Shown here one piece after another: positions 48,432-60,492 of a stretch of 64,000 nucleotides of DNA. Position 1 is the first letter of the stretch. Each line of letters opens with the position of its first letter. Below the pieces are notes generated by a model. The model had not been told where the DNA came from, did not search any database, and worked only from the letters and a program-made list of their open reading frames with translations. The stretch lies in contig OZ024749.1 of the NCBI GenBank assembly GCA_964016885.1, positions 19,964,001 through 20,028,000 of the forward strand. The letters run 5' to 3'. Both the position numbers and the translations under genes were made by a program. The DNA is from Eledone cirrhosa (taxonomy: Eukaryota).

Positions 48432-51400
48432 TCATCATCATCATCATCATCATCACCGTTTTACATCAGTTCTTTCACGCTAGCATGGGTTAGACGGGTT
48501 GTCCTGTTGTGGGCAGTGTCTGGTTGGCTGACCATGCCTTGCTCATACAGGAACTGATTTGGCTTGATTTCTACAGCTGGATGCCCTTCCTAAGACCAAC
48601 CTCATTTACAGTGTGGGCTGGGTGCTTTTTTGCCATGGCACCTCCACGACCACCTTGCGGTGGGGGAGGGAGGCATATTGTCTATATGCTTCAGCTTGTA
48701 CCCATGGGAGGTCGGGTACTCTGTATTACTGCGTGACGCCAGAGGTCACGGTTGTGTGTCATCGCCTTTGAGAGGTGTAGTTGGGTAAGGTCGGCTTTTA
48801 TCACCTCATCCCAGGTCATCTTGGGTCTCCCCACTCCACGGTTTCCATCGACTTCTAGTGCTCTGTACCTTTTAATGAAGCTGTCATCCTTCATACGCAT
48901 CACATGTCCATACTAGCGCAACCGCCTCTCCTGCACACAGCATTTGATTCCTCTTATGCTCAGTCTCTCTCTCAATTCATTTATGCTTTGTCGTTCACGT
49001 ATATTACTGTTACACATCCATCGGAGCATGCAGGCTTCGTTTCTCTCTAATCTACGTAAGTCTTCCACCTTCAGCGCCCAGGTCTCACTACCATGCAACA
49101 TCGCTGTTCGGATACACGCATCATACAGTCTGCCTTTCATTTTGAGGGAGAAGTTTTTTGCAGCTAGCAGTGGTAGTAGTTCCCTAAACTTCTTCCATCC
49201 CGTTCTTACCCTAATTATTATACTTTCTGAACACCCACCTCCGCTGCTAATTCGATCACCTAGGTAGCAGAAGCTGTCTACTGTTTCTACAGAGCCCTCC
49301 CAGAGATTGGTGGTACTTGTTTCCTGTGGCTGTTTGCTGCTTGCTGTCCCAGCACAGCTGCTGCATGTGAAGCCTACATTCTTAATTAAGCTTCCTGAGA
49401 TCCCGCTACATCTCTTGTGTACCCATTGTTTGAATTTGGGGCAGAGAATGGAGTTCCTACCTACACCTTTCCTACATACTGAGCAAGGCCATTTCCCTGA
49501 GGGGATCTGGGTTCTGTTTTCTCATCTACTTACAAGGACCTTAGTCTTTATCATGTTGACTTTGAGACCCTTTCTTTCTAGTCCCTGCTTCCAAGTTTGG
49601 AATTTATTCTCTAGTTCTACCATAGATTCAGCTATGAGTGCGAGGTCATCAGCATACAGGAGTTCCCATGGGCATCCGGTCTTAAACTCCTCCGTTACTG
49701 CCTGCAGGACTATGATGAACAGGAGGGGGCTAAGAACAGAGCCCTGGTGGACCCCAACCTGTACGCTCAATTCCTCGCTATACTCATTGCTAATCCTAAC
49801 TTTGCTGACTGCTCCCCTATACATGGCTTGTACCGCTTTCACAAGCCATTCATCTACTCCTAGTTTTCTAAGAGCCCACCAGATTACAGCACGTGGAACT
49901 CTGTCAAAGGTTTTCTCAAGGTCGACAAATGCCAGGTAGAGTGGCTTACTTTTAGCTAGGTACTTTTCCTGTAACTGCCTGACAAGGAAGAGGGCATCAG
50001 TGGTACCTCTTCCTGGTACAAACCCAAATTGCATCTCGTCTAGTTTCACCCGGTCCCTAATCAACTGTGCTATAACTCTTTCTGTTACTTTCATGACCTG
50101 GTTCATCAGCTTTATACCTCTATAGTTTCCTCTATCTAGTGCATCACCTTTACCTTTGTAGCAGTTGACAATGATGCTACTGCACCAATCTTTTGGTATG
50201 ACACCTTCTAGTATTACCTGGTTAACAATACGTGTGGTTGTAGTGTGACCTACAGACCCAGATGCCTTCAGCATCCCCGATGGACCGGTTGCCTTCCCCA
50301 TCTTCATATCTTTGATTGCCTTACTTACTACCAATCTCTGGGAGGGCCCTGTAGAAACAGTAGACAGCTTCTGCTACCTAGGTGACCGAATTAGCAACGG
50401 AGGTGGGTGCTCAGAAAGTACAATAACTAGGGTAAGAACGGGATGGAAGAAGTTTAGGGAACTACTACCACTGCTAGCTGCAAAAGGCTTCTCCCTCAGA
50501 ATGAAAGGCAGACTGTATGATGCGTGTATCCGAACAGCGATGTTGCATGGTAGTGAGACCTGGGCGCTGAAGGTGGAAGACTTACGTAGATTAGAGAGAA
50601 ACGAAGCCTGCATGCTCCGATGGATGTGTAACAGTAATATACGTGAACGACAAAGCATAAATGAATTGAGAGAGAGACTGAGCATAAGAGGAATCAAATG
50701 CTGCGTGCAGGAGAGGCGGTTACGCTGGTATGGACATGTGATGCGTATGAAGGATGACAGCTGCATAAAAAGGTGCAGAGCACTAGAAGTTGATGGAAAC
50801 CGCGGAGTGGGGAGACCCAAGATGACTTGGGATGAGGTGATAAAAGCCGACCTTACCCAACTACACCTCTCAAAGTCAATGACACACGACCGTGACTTCT
50901 GGCGTCACGCAGTAATACAGGGTACCCGACCTCCCATGGGTACATGCTGAAGCATATAAACAATATGCCCCCCCCCCCCCACCGCAAGGTGGTCGTGGAG
51001 GTGCCACGGCAAAAAAGCACCCAGCCCACACTGTAAAGTGGACGTGTAGGCGCCACGAAAAAGCACCCAGCACTCACTGTAAATGAGGTTGGTGTTAGGA
51101 AGGGCATCCAGCTGTAGAAATCAAGCCAGATCAGTTCCTGTATGAGCAAGGCATGGTCAGCCGACCAGACACTGCCCACAACAGGACAACCCGTCTAACC
51201 CATGCTAGCGTGGAAGAACGGACGTAAAACGGTGATGATGATGATGATGATGATGACTACGTTGCTGCTGACTTGTACTGCTGGCCCTTCTATAGGGTCT
51301 ACTTGGGGTAGGGTCTCTTCTTCCCATGCATTCTCCTCATTTAGCAATCTATCATAATGGCTCTTCCATGCATCTTTCTTCTCAGCACTTGTGAGGGCAA

Positions 51401-51670
51401 GCTCACCTTTATCATTCCGGATACACTTCTCTCCAATGACATCACAACTCTCTCTGACACACTGCCTCGCAATCTTGAACACCTCCTGTTTCTGGTCCTC
51501 ACGTTGCAAAACATGCTTGATTTTCTATCCTCTGCTTCCCTCCTAGCTAAGTATACTTGTCGCCTAGCTTCCCTCTTGGTCTCTATGTAATGTACCTGCT
51601 CCCCCCGTTCTTCCATTCTTTCCATGCCCGTCTCTTGGCCTTAACTGCCTCATCTACCTTATTGTTCCAT
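48432..51670 (-). mobile_element. RTE family C, 5'-truncated, decayed, split by a nested insertion at ~50330-51255
   Basis: Minus reading ..PIEGPAVQVSSNVV | SKAIKDMK.. continues across the insert; YADD; tail at 48432. Confidence 0.9.
50326..51257 (+). mobile_element. RTE family C 3' fragment nested antisense in a same-family copy
   Basis: SFCYLGD..RRLRWYGH..TRPPMGT, 3' UTR, (GAT)n; ACTAC at both junctions. Confidence 0.9.
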
Positions 51671-51763
51671 ATATAAATTAATAAAAATAATGAATAAAAA
51701 CAAAGAAACAGTTCCTTATATTAAAAAATTCATCATTTTACGATCATTTCTAGGATATAAATG

Positions 51764-51897
51764 ATTATTTCTGAAGACAGCATATATATGTGTAGGTATG
51801 TATATTCCCTCTGATAGTTTGTAAAAATTTTACATAGATCTATATGATATACATACCAACACAAACATATATATCCTAGAAACGATCGTAAAATGAT
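51764..51897 (+). ncRNA. Type I hammerhead motif with ~100-nt stem II, inside fold-back 51673-51956
   Basis: ATTATTT-CTGAAGA-[CAGCATATATATG..GGTATGTATAT...ATATACATACC..CATATATATCCTA]-GAAA-CGATCG-TA-AAATGAT. Confidence 0.7.
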
Positions 51898-52088
51898 GAT
51901 TTTTTTAATATAGGGAACTGTTTCTTTGCTTTTATTCATTATTTTTATTAATTTATCTTGACTCTGTTTTCCTGTATTTTTCATCTGAAAAAATTATTTG
52001 AATACATCTTCTCTTTTCATGATATTCGGATTACATTGAGTTCTTCATACGGATTGGACACTAACGTACATTTTGGTAGATTTATCTA

Positions 52089-52457
<369 letters not shown>

Positions 52458-52808
52458 GGAGGCACATGGCTTAGTGATTAGAGCATTGGCCTTGCAATCG
52501 AAAGGTTGTGAGTTCAATTCTCAGACCGGGTGATGTGTTGTTTCCTTGAGCAAGACACTTTATTTCACATTGCTCCAGTTTACTCAGCTGTAGAAATGAG
52601 ATGATAGGGACTGCGGTCCCTATCATTCCACTGCAAAGTGGTCGTGGAGGTGCCACGGCAAAAAAGCACCCAGCACTCACTGTAAATGAGGTTGGTGTTA
52701 GGAAGGGCACCCAGCTGTAGAAATCAAGCCAGAATCAGTTCCCGTCCCACCCTTGCAAGCAGGGAAAAAGCGGACGTAAAATGAAATGATGATGATGATG
52801 ATGATGAT
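52458..52808 (+). mobile_element. tRNA-derived SINE family 1, full length
   Basis: A box TGGCTTAGTG, B box GTTCAATTC, core, RTE-derived body and tail, (GAT)n. Confidence 0.9.
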
Positions 52809-53415
52809 AATTGGAAATCAGTAAAATCGAATCTCTAGCGGCTTGCAAGTGAATTCGGCCTACTTATATGAAATGATGAGTTAGCAAAGCACTTGATAAG
52901 ATAGGTCCTTAGAGTAATAACATACGTTATTCTCCTAGATTTAATAATTAACTAATTAACTTAATTAGACAATTTTGTTGATTGGTCAATTATTAGTGTT
53001 TGTTTTATAACATCTAGTCGAGAGCTTATCATGATGATTAGCGGGAATTTTAAATATTTCCTTTTTCGCTAACTTTTTGAATAACCGCCTGGGACCGGGG
53101 GTTATTTCCCTTGCCGGAATTAACACGTGATAATTATAGATACGATTAGCAGCTTATTGCAGCAACATATAATTTATCACTCCCATCCCAGGAAGAACGA
53201 TAAACCTGTTGAAAAACTGAATCCAACGTTCGGTCACCAATGCCAGGTAAGTCGTATATTTGATTTAGGATTCAAAGAAACACTTTGAACATCTATTCGT
53301 TGAATTTGTCCAGGTGTACTTTTTCTCAACCTGATTAGTTCTATCGTTGCTCTGGTATATATATTGTGTGTTAGTTCAGCCTACCACAATGTTCGATTTG
53401 TCAAGCTATTTAAAC

Positions 53416-53490
<75 letters not shown>

Positions 53491-53825
53491 GTAAATGAGT
53501 GAAGAATAACATGGATCGGCTGTTCAATAGGGTTTATTCAAAGTATTAACAAAAGATATCTCGTTAACTCAAATACACACACACACAGACACACACACAC
53601 ACATGTATATATGTTCACATATATACATGTATGTATGTGCATGAATGTGCAGGGAAAAGCGGACGTAAAATAATGATGATGATATATATATGCATGCATA
53701 TATATATATGATTCCAGTTCCTTTGAAGACCAACAACACACCCAGGAGCTGGACATATCGATGAATTAATAGGGTAGAACCCATTACAACATCATGTTTT
53801 CCTGTTTTTTCTGCCTAAATTCTTA

Positions 53826-53879
53826 CTGCTTGATGAGGTCACAGCCAATAACGGCTGTCACTGAAATATGTATAACAGC
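53826..53879 (+). ncRNA. Degenerate hammerhead-like motif
   Basis: CTGC-TTGATGA-G[GTCACAGCC AATAAC GGCTGTCAC]T-GAAA-TATGTA-TA-ACAG. Confidence 0.45.
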
Positions 53880-53936
53880 GAACTGGAATAAACGAAGCCA
53901 ACTTTAACATGTTTGACTTACACTTATTATTTTACA

Positions 53937-54338
53937 TGTGGATTGGCAGTATCGGTAGAGGGTTGGACGCCATGCTTTGAAGCATAGAGTTACCTCCCTT
54001 TATGATCTGAGTTCAAATCCCGCCGAGGTTAACTTTACCTTTCATCCTTACAGGGTCGATAAAATAAAGTACCAGTAATACACTGAGATAATTGCTGGCC
54101 TTCTGCCAAAAATAGAAACAATTATTTTACATTACTATTACTATTAGGGCGGTGAATTGGCAGTATCGGTAGAGGGTCAGACACCATGCTTTGACGCATA
54201 GAGTTACGGCCCTTTCCATTCTGAGTTCAAATCCTGCCGAGGTCAACTTTGCCTTTCATCCTTACGGGGTCGATAAAATAAAGTACCAGTAATGTACTGG
54301 GTAATTGTTGGCCTTGTGCCAAAAGTAGAAACAATTAT
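53937..54338 (+). mobile_element. Two tandem SINE family 2 copies (53937-54127, 54148-54338)
   Basis: TTGGCAGTATCGGTAGAG..GTTCAAATCC..CCTTTCATCCTTAC.GGGTCGATAAAATAAAGTACCAG..TAGAAACAATTAT. Confidence 0.9.
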
Positions 54339-54462
54339 TTTACATTACTCCTGAGTGAACAAACCAACCTGCGCACTCCGTTGAGTGCTCCAATCTGCAT
54401 ATTGAGGTGTCGGTAAACAACCAACACATACTCAAAATTTATGCATGCATATATGTATATAT

Positions 54463-54565
54463 GTGAAATAATTTCTTTTACTTAAGGACACAACACGCTG
54501 CCAGTAATCGAACTCATCACCTTACGATTGTGAGCCAAATGCCCTAACCATAAAGCCACGTGCCT
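54463..54565 (-). mobile_element. SINE family 1-like head fragment
   Basis: Reverse of GGCACGTGGCTTTATGGTTAGGGC..GAGTTCGATT. Confidence 0.65.
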
Positions 54566-54577
54566 TTATATATATAT

Positions 54578-54920
54578 ATCATCATCATCATCATCATTTT
54601 ACGTCTACTTTTCCCTGCTTGCAAGGGTGGGACGGGAATTGAGTCTGGCTTGATTTCTACAGCTGGATGCCCTTCCTAACACCAACCTCATTTACAGTAT
54701 GGGCTGGGTGTTTTTTTTTGCCATGGCACCTCCACGACCACTTTGCAGTAGAAGGATAGGGAACCCAGTCCTATCATCTCATTTCTACAGCTGAGTAAAC
54801 TGGAGCAATGTGAAATAAAGTGTCTTGCTCAAGGAAACAACACATCACCCGGTCTGAGAATTGAACTCACAATTTTTCGATTGCAAGGCCAATGCTCTAA
54901 CTACTAAGCCATGTGCCTCC
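54578..54920 (-). mobile_element. tRNA-derived SINE family 1, full length
   Basis: Reverse complement homologue of 52458-52808. Confidence 0.9.
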
Positions 54921-54967
54921 ATATATAGATATATAGTGATATATATTCCATTTATTACTATTATTAT

Positions 54968-55516
54968 ATATATAATCAGGTTTAGCAAATAATGAAAAAG
55001 TTTCAAAATAAATTTTTAAAAATTGTCTTTACTTACTATAGTTACCTTTACCGAATCGGTTTCGAATCTCAAAAATAAACGGAGACCATACGGCCTTCGT
55101 TGCAAAGAAAGATTCTCGCCAGAAGGTTCTTTTCATTTGAAGAATATAAAATTCTTGAATTTAAATTACGAACTAGCGCTATCCAAAACTGTTCCCGAGA
55201 TGAGAGTAAATGAAGTGGAATCAATTTTTTCAAGGGCCGAAAGTAAAGATAGAGGCAGAGGGAGGTAGGTCAATCGGCCACCACTATCACTAGCAGCAGT
55301 CGGAACGACCAAATTTTTTCTCAACATAGAGGAGAATAGTAATAATAGGATATGTGTTCCTACATGCACAAAGCGCTAAGGGACACATGTATTGTCCAAC
55401 CATATGCCAATGTGGTTCAATGGCAGGTTAATAAATTAACGAGCCAGAACATATATAATCAGGTTTAGCAAATAATGAAAAAGTTTCAAAATAAATTTTA
55501 AAAAATTGACTTTACT

Positions 55517-55521
<5 letters not shown>
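54968..55521 (-). mobile_element. ~483-bp non-coding unit with ~70-bp terminal direct repeats and a hammerhead (pLTR/retrozyme-like)
   Basis: TATAATCAGGTTTAGCAAATAATGAAAAAGTTTCAAAATAAATTT..TTTACTTACTATA at 54971 and 55454. Confidence 0.65.
55044..55127 (-). ncRNA. Type I hammerhead motif
   Basis: Minus strand ACCTT-CTGGCGA-[GAATCT...AGATTC]-GAAA-CCGATTCGG-TA-AAGGT; A6G core substitution. Confidence 0.7.
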
Positions 55522-55579
<58 letters not shown>

Positions 55580-55662
55580 AGGTTAACTTTGCCTTTCATC
55601 CTTACGGGGTCGATAAAATAAAGTACCAGTTATACACTTGGCCTTGTGCCAAAAGTAGAAAC

Positions 55663-55724
<62 letters not shown>

Positions 55725-55838
55725 ACACGCACACGCACACACAATCATATAGAAGCTTTGTTATTAATAGCGATGATGATGATGATGGTGACAATTATGA
55801 TTATTTATTTATTTATATTTATATTTTATTAATTTCAG

Positions 55839-56055
55839 GTTAAAACGATCATGACACGAGCTCATCTGTCTTTGGTTGAACTGGCCAAGAAACACGGCTA
55901 CTTTAGTGTGGACTTGAACTCCCCTCCTCTCGATAACAACATTGCAGCCCGCCAGGCCTCGAAACTGGAAGGTCCTAGTGATACGTTGATACAGAGTTGT
56001 GAAGATAAAGATATCAATCGTAGATTATCACTGGATCAAATATCACACAGCAATG
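55839..56055 (+). CDS. Probable internal coding exon of an unidentified host gene (217 nt, phase 0 to 1)
   Basis: T-rich tract + TTTCAG acceptor; open frame VKTIMTRAHLSLVELAKKHGYFSVDLNSPPLDNNIAARQASKLEGPSDTLIQSCEDKDINRRLSLDQISHSN; G|GTAAGT donor; non-repetitive, balanced composition. Confidence 0.6.
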
Positions 56056-56119
56056 GTAAGTAATATATCTATTGGTTACAACAACAACAGCAGCAATAAC
56101 CATCATTTTAAGGTCATTC

Positions 56120-56630
56120 TGGAGCAGTGGATTGGCAGTATCTGTAGAGCTTCGAACAATATGCTTTGTGGCATAGGGTTACGTCCCTTTAAGATCTGAG
56201 TTCAAATCCTTCCAAGGTTAGTTTTGCCTTTCATCCTTACAGGGTCGATAAAATAAAGTACCAGTAATGTACTGGGGTCGATTTAATCGACTTTCCCCTC
56301 CCCCAAAATTGTTGGCCTCATGTCTAAATCAGAAATCAATATATGTATTAGTTACAACAGCAGCAATAACAACAGCAACAATAACAATCATTTTAAGGCC
56401 ATTCTAGGGCAGTGGATTGGCAGTATCTGTAGAGTGACAAACAATATGTTTTGCGGCATAGAGTTATGGCCCTTTATGTTCTGAGTTCAAATCCTGCCAA
56501 GATTAGCTTTGCTTTTTTATCCTTACAGGGTCAATAAAATAAAGTACCAGTAATGCACTGGAGTCGATTTAATCAACTTTCCCTTCCCACGTCCCCAAAA
56601 TTGTTGGCCTTGTGCCTAAATCTGAAACCA
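56120..56630 (+). mobile_element. Two SINE family 2 copies (56120-56340, 56407-56630), apparently a local duplication
   Basis: GTGGATTGGCAGTATCTGTAGAG..GTTCAAATCC..ATCCTTACAGGGTC.ATAAAATAAAGTACCAG; preceding CAA-rich flank also duplicated. Confidence 0.85.
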
Positions 56631-56919
56631 TTTTAAGGCCACTTGCCCTCCTAAAACCAGAAGTTAGACTTACTGACACAATTTTATGCTTTTTTACCCA
56701 TCCTTATTATTTTACAGCCTGATGTCCTCATTGATGTAAACAGTTTTCGTTTTTTCTTAGTACACACGGGGATATCTTTGAATATCTATTTTAAACCAGA
56801 TACACACAGGGATACAGTGTACCAATTCTAAACCAAATACACACAGATATACAGTGTACCTATTGTAAGCCAGATAGACACAGGGATAGAGTGTACCAAT
56901 TCTAAATAATATATATATA

Positions 56920-57211
56920 AGTTATGTTGGTACCACAACATCCAGTCCGAAACAAATGAGGTCGTGTAGGTGTCACGACAAAAAAACACACAGTCCACGC
57001 TGTAATGTGGCCGTGTAGGTAACACGGTAAAAACCTCCCAGTCCACACTGTAAACATGGTTGCTGTTAGGAAGGGCATCCAGCCGTAGAAAACCCGCCAG
57101 ACAGTCCTATACGAGCAGGACAACAAATCTTGCCTCAAGTGGGAAAACTCCCATCCAAACCCATGCAAGCGTGGAAGATGGACGTTAAACGATGATGATG
57201 ATGATGATGAT
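56920..57211 (+). mobile_element. RTE family A 3' UTR fragment
   Basis: GTTATGTTGGTACCACAACATCCAGTCCG.. to GGACGTTAAAC(GAT)n. Confidence 0.9.
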
Positions 57212-57234
57212 ATATATACACACCAGTTTTGGTT

Positions 57235-57760
57235 ATCTGTATATCTAAAACAGAGAATGTATGTCTGTCTGTCCCCCTAAAATCGAGAACCACCCAACCA
57301 ATTTTTTCAAACTTTACACATGTAATACTTATGGTCGTGTGAGTGTTTTGAGCAAAAAATATTTAAAATTTTCAATGCCCTAGGGACTGCATTAGGCGAA
57401 AAACCGCATATTTTAGGCTTTAAAGGCTTTTTTAAGGCATAACGGAACAATAATCCAGGCGATTTCTTCAAAATTTGCATTACTTATGTCGTTTAAAGTG
57501 TTTTGAGCAAAAAAGGTTTTCTCATTTTTGCCCCAGGGACTGCATTAGGCAAAAAACCGATTTTTTGAAGCATTTTGGTTGCGTTAGGGCCTGTAACTTG
57601 AGAAGTGCCCAACCAATTTTTTTTAAACTTTGCATATACATTACTAATGTTTCACAAATTTTCTTGACTGAAAAAGATTTCAAATTTTTGCCCAGGGACC
57701 TCATTGTTTAGCATTTTGGTTGCGTTAGGGCCTGTAACCTTAAAAGTATCCAACTAAATT
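57235..57760 (+). mobile_element. Non-autonomous Helitron-like repeat with internal subrepeats
   Basis: Start TCTGTATATCTAAAA..GTATGTCTGTCTGTC..AACCAATTTTTTCAAACTTT; CCAGGGACTGCATTAGGC and GCATTTTGGTTGCGTTAGGGCCTGTAAC each repeated. Confidence 0.45.
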
Positions 57761-58643
57761 CCTCCATGCTCCCCACCACTGCAGTCCCACATGCTTATTG
57801 CTCTGTAACTATTACTTTCATTGTACCATAGCACAACAAATACATATTCGGTTTGTCGAATGCCTTTTTACTTAACCCTATCGTCTTGGCTTTTGTGGGT
57901 TGAACATTTTACTCTCAGGCACCCAATTAAGTTAAACCCCTGGTAATCTACGACAAATTTTTTTTATAAGCACAAAATGTAGACACCGTCCCCAGGCCGA
58001 GGTATGCCGTACTTCTCTGTACTGTTTCAGAAAGGAGGGATAAACATGCCAATCTATGTTTAGAATCCTGAGCAATGCCGAGCCATTCTGCTAGTAACTT
58101 ATTATTTCTACAGTGAATGGAGAGTAGTCGAATGCTTAAAAAGTTGGTTTTGTAATCATTAGGTTTTGGGTTCAATCCTACAATGTGACATCTTGGTTAA
58201 TTGTCATTTACCATAGCCTTTGGTTGACCCAAGCCCTGCAAGTGAAAATTGGCAGACAGAAACTGTTAGGAAGCCCAACACAAATTTGACCTTACTGTGT
58301 CATCCTGTCAGTAAATGTTTGTTGTTATCAGTAATACAATTCTATCAATCGCACAACCCCATCATTGACACACACACACATACATACACACATGCATGTA
58401 CACATGTACACAAACACAAACATCTATGCACACACACACATATGTACACTCACACATATTTGAAATATGAGAAGAATGATATTGGTGTTGTTATTTTTTA
58501 AACAATCAAATTATAAAACATTTGCTTATCATTGAATACTAACAACAACAGCAACAATAACAACAACACCAGCACCGACCACTGGAAATAATTCCTAGCA
58601 TTTTTTTAATATCAATTTTACAGAACCAAATATTATTTTTTTC

Positions 58644-58709
<66 letters not shown>

Positions 58710-58710
58710 T

Positions 58711-59237
58711 AAATAAGTATGTACACGTACATACATATATGCATACAGACGTACAGTAGTATGTATATATATATACATACATGCACACATATATATATGC
58801 ACGTATGGATTCACCGAACATTTATTATAATGCTCGGTGTGTTTGTAAACAAACATTCCGTATTAAGCCGTAGTGTCTAGCAACCACCGTAGCTCGTTTG
58901 TTCAACACTGACAAAGAAACGCTGTACTAGTTTCAAGCTTGTTAGCTATCGTCAGCAACTTATCTGGCAACAATTTGGCAGGAAGGTATACGTTGCTGAC
59001 GATAGCTAACAAGCTTGAAACTAGTACAGCGTTCCTTTGTCAGTGTTGAACAAACGAGCAACGGTGGTTGCTAGACACTACGGCTTAATACTGGTTATTT
59101 GTTTACAAACACACCGAGCATTATAATAAATGTTCGTGAATCCATACGTGCATATATATATGTGTGCATGTATGTATATATATATACATACTACTGTACG
59201 TCTATGCATATATGTATGTACGTGTACATACTTATAT
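58711..59237. repeat. Inverted repeat (~248-bp arms, ~32-nt spacer) with a hammerhead in each arm; right-arm extension homologous to 11618-11790
   Basis: Arms reverse-complementary with a few mismatches. Confidence 0.9.
58991..59031 (+). ncRNA. Minimal hammerhead with canonical core (mirror on - at 58920-58959)
   Basis: CGTTG-CTGACGA-T[AGC TAACAA GCT]T-GAAA-CTAG-TA-CAGCG. Confidence 0.8.
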
Positions 59238-59289
59238 TTAAGTAACAGCCGTACTAAGAGTGGGAAATGAAATTTCGTTTCATTTTGTC

Positions 59290-59568
59290 CGTTTATACAT
59301 ATATAAATATATGAAAAGATTCAGGACCCCGACGGCTGAACTCCTGCTGTTTCGACAATGAGATCTGAACGTTCAGATCTCGCTCAGCCGTCGGGGTCCT
59401 GAATCTTTTCATATTACCCACTCTACTACTCCAAGTATCGAGTACGCTGGTGCGTTATGGTCCACCTGGTATCTTACCACACTCTTTTTGTTGTTATGTA
59501 TATATATATATATATATATGCAAGCGTGGAAGATGGACGTTAAACGATGATGATAATGATGATGATGA

Positions 59569-59611
<43 letters not shown>

Positions 59612-60138
59612 AAAGTTCAATTTAAATTGTTGGGATACAACAAGCAAATATTTTTATAACTGATATAAAGCACTCAACAAATAATTGGAGTAAAAATACG
59701 ATATTAACAAATGGAAACTATATTTATAAAACCATATTTATTTCATTATACATATTTCAAGGACACCAAGTTAAATTATGGTGTGCTTTCATCAGATAAA
59801 ATATAATATAGAGCAGTTTTATAAATAAATATTGACATACCCTTAAAGAATGCAACAACCAGATAGTCTATCCGGGAGCTTCCAACAGTAATGGTTGCAT
59901 TCTTTAAGGGTATGTCAATATTTATTTATAAAACTGCTCTATATTATATTTTATCTGATGAAAGCACACCATAATTTAACTTGGTGTCCTTGAAATATGT
60001 ATAATGAAATAAATATGGTTTTATAAATATAGTTTCCATTTGTTAATATCTTATTTTTACTCCAATTATTTGTTGAGTGCTTTATATCAGTTATAAAAAT
60101 ATTTGCTTGTTGTATCCCAACAATTTAAATTGAACTTT

Positions 60139-60169
<31 letters not shown>

Positions 60170-60462
60170 CATCATCATCATCATCATCATCATCATTATC
60201 ATCATCGTTTAACGTCCATCTTCCACGCTTGCATATATATATATATATATATACATAACAACAAAAAGAGTGTGGTAAGATACCAGGTGGACCATAACGC
60301 ACCAGCGTACTCGATACTTGGAGTAGTAGAGTGGGTAATATGAAAAGATTCAGGACCCCGACGGCTGAGCGAGATCTGAACGTTCAGATCTCATTGTCGA
60401 AACAGCAGGAGTTCAGCCGTCGGGGTCCTGAATCTTTTCATATATTTATATATGTATAAACG
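59290..60462. repeat. Large composite inverted duplication (~568-bp arms, 37-nt spacer)
   Basis: 59290-59856 is the reverse complement of 59894-60462 except for microsatellite lengths and about one mismatch. Confidence 0.92.
59947..60011 (+). ncRNA. Type I hammerhead with canonical core (mirror on - at 59739-59803)
   Basis: TATTTTAT-CTGATGA-[AAG.ACACCA..TGGTGTCCTT]-GAAA-TATGTA-TA-ATGAAATA. Confidence 0.78.
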
Positions 60463-60492
60463 TCCTCGTCAGATAAAATACATGAATTCATG

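Noticed and set aside
55851-55900. Sirtuin-like or N4BP2-like identity for the host exon (AHLSLVELAKKHGY)
   Set aside because: Resemblance is limited to a few residues and the following diagnostic motifs are absent.
59310-59414. Hairpin repeat as a hammerhead or pre-miRNA
   Set aside because: No CUGANGA core; best explained as another fold-back fragment.
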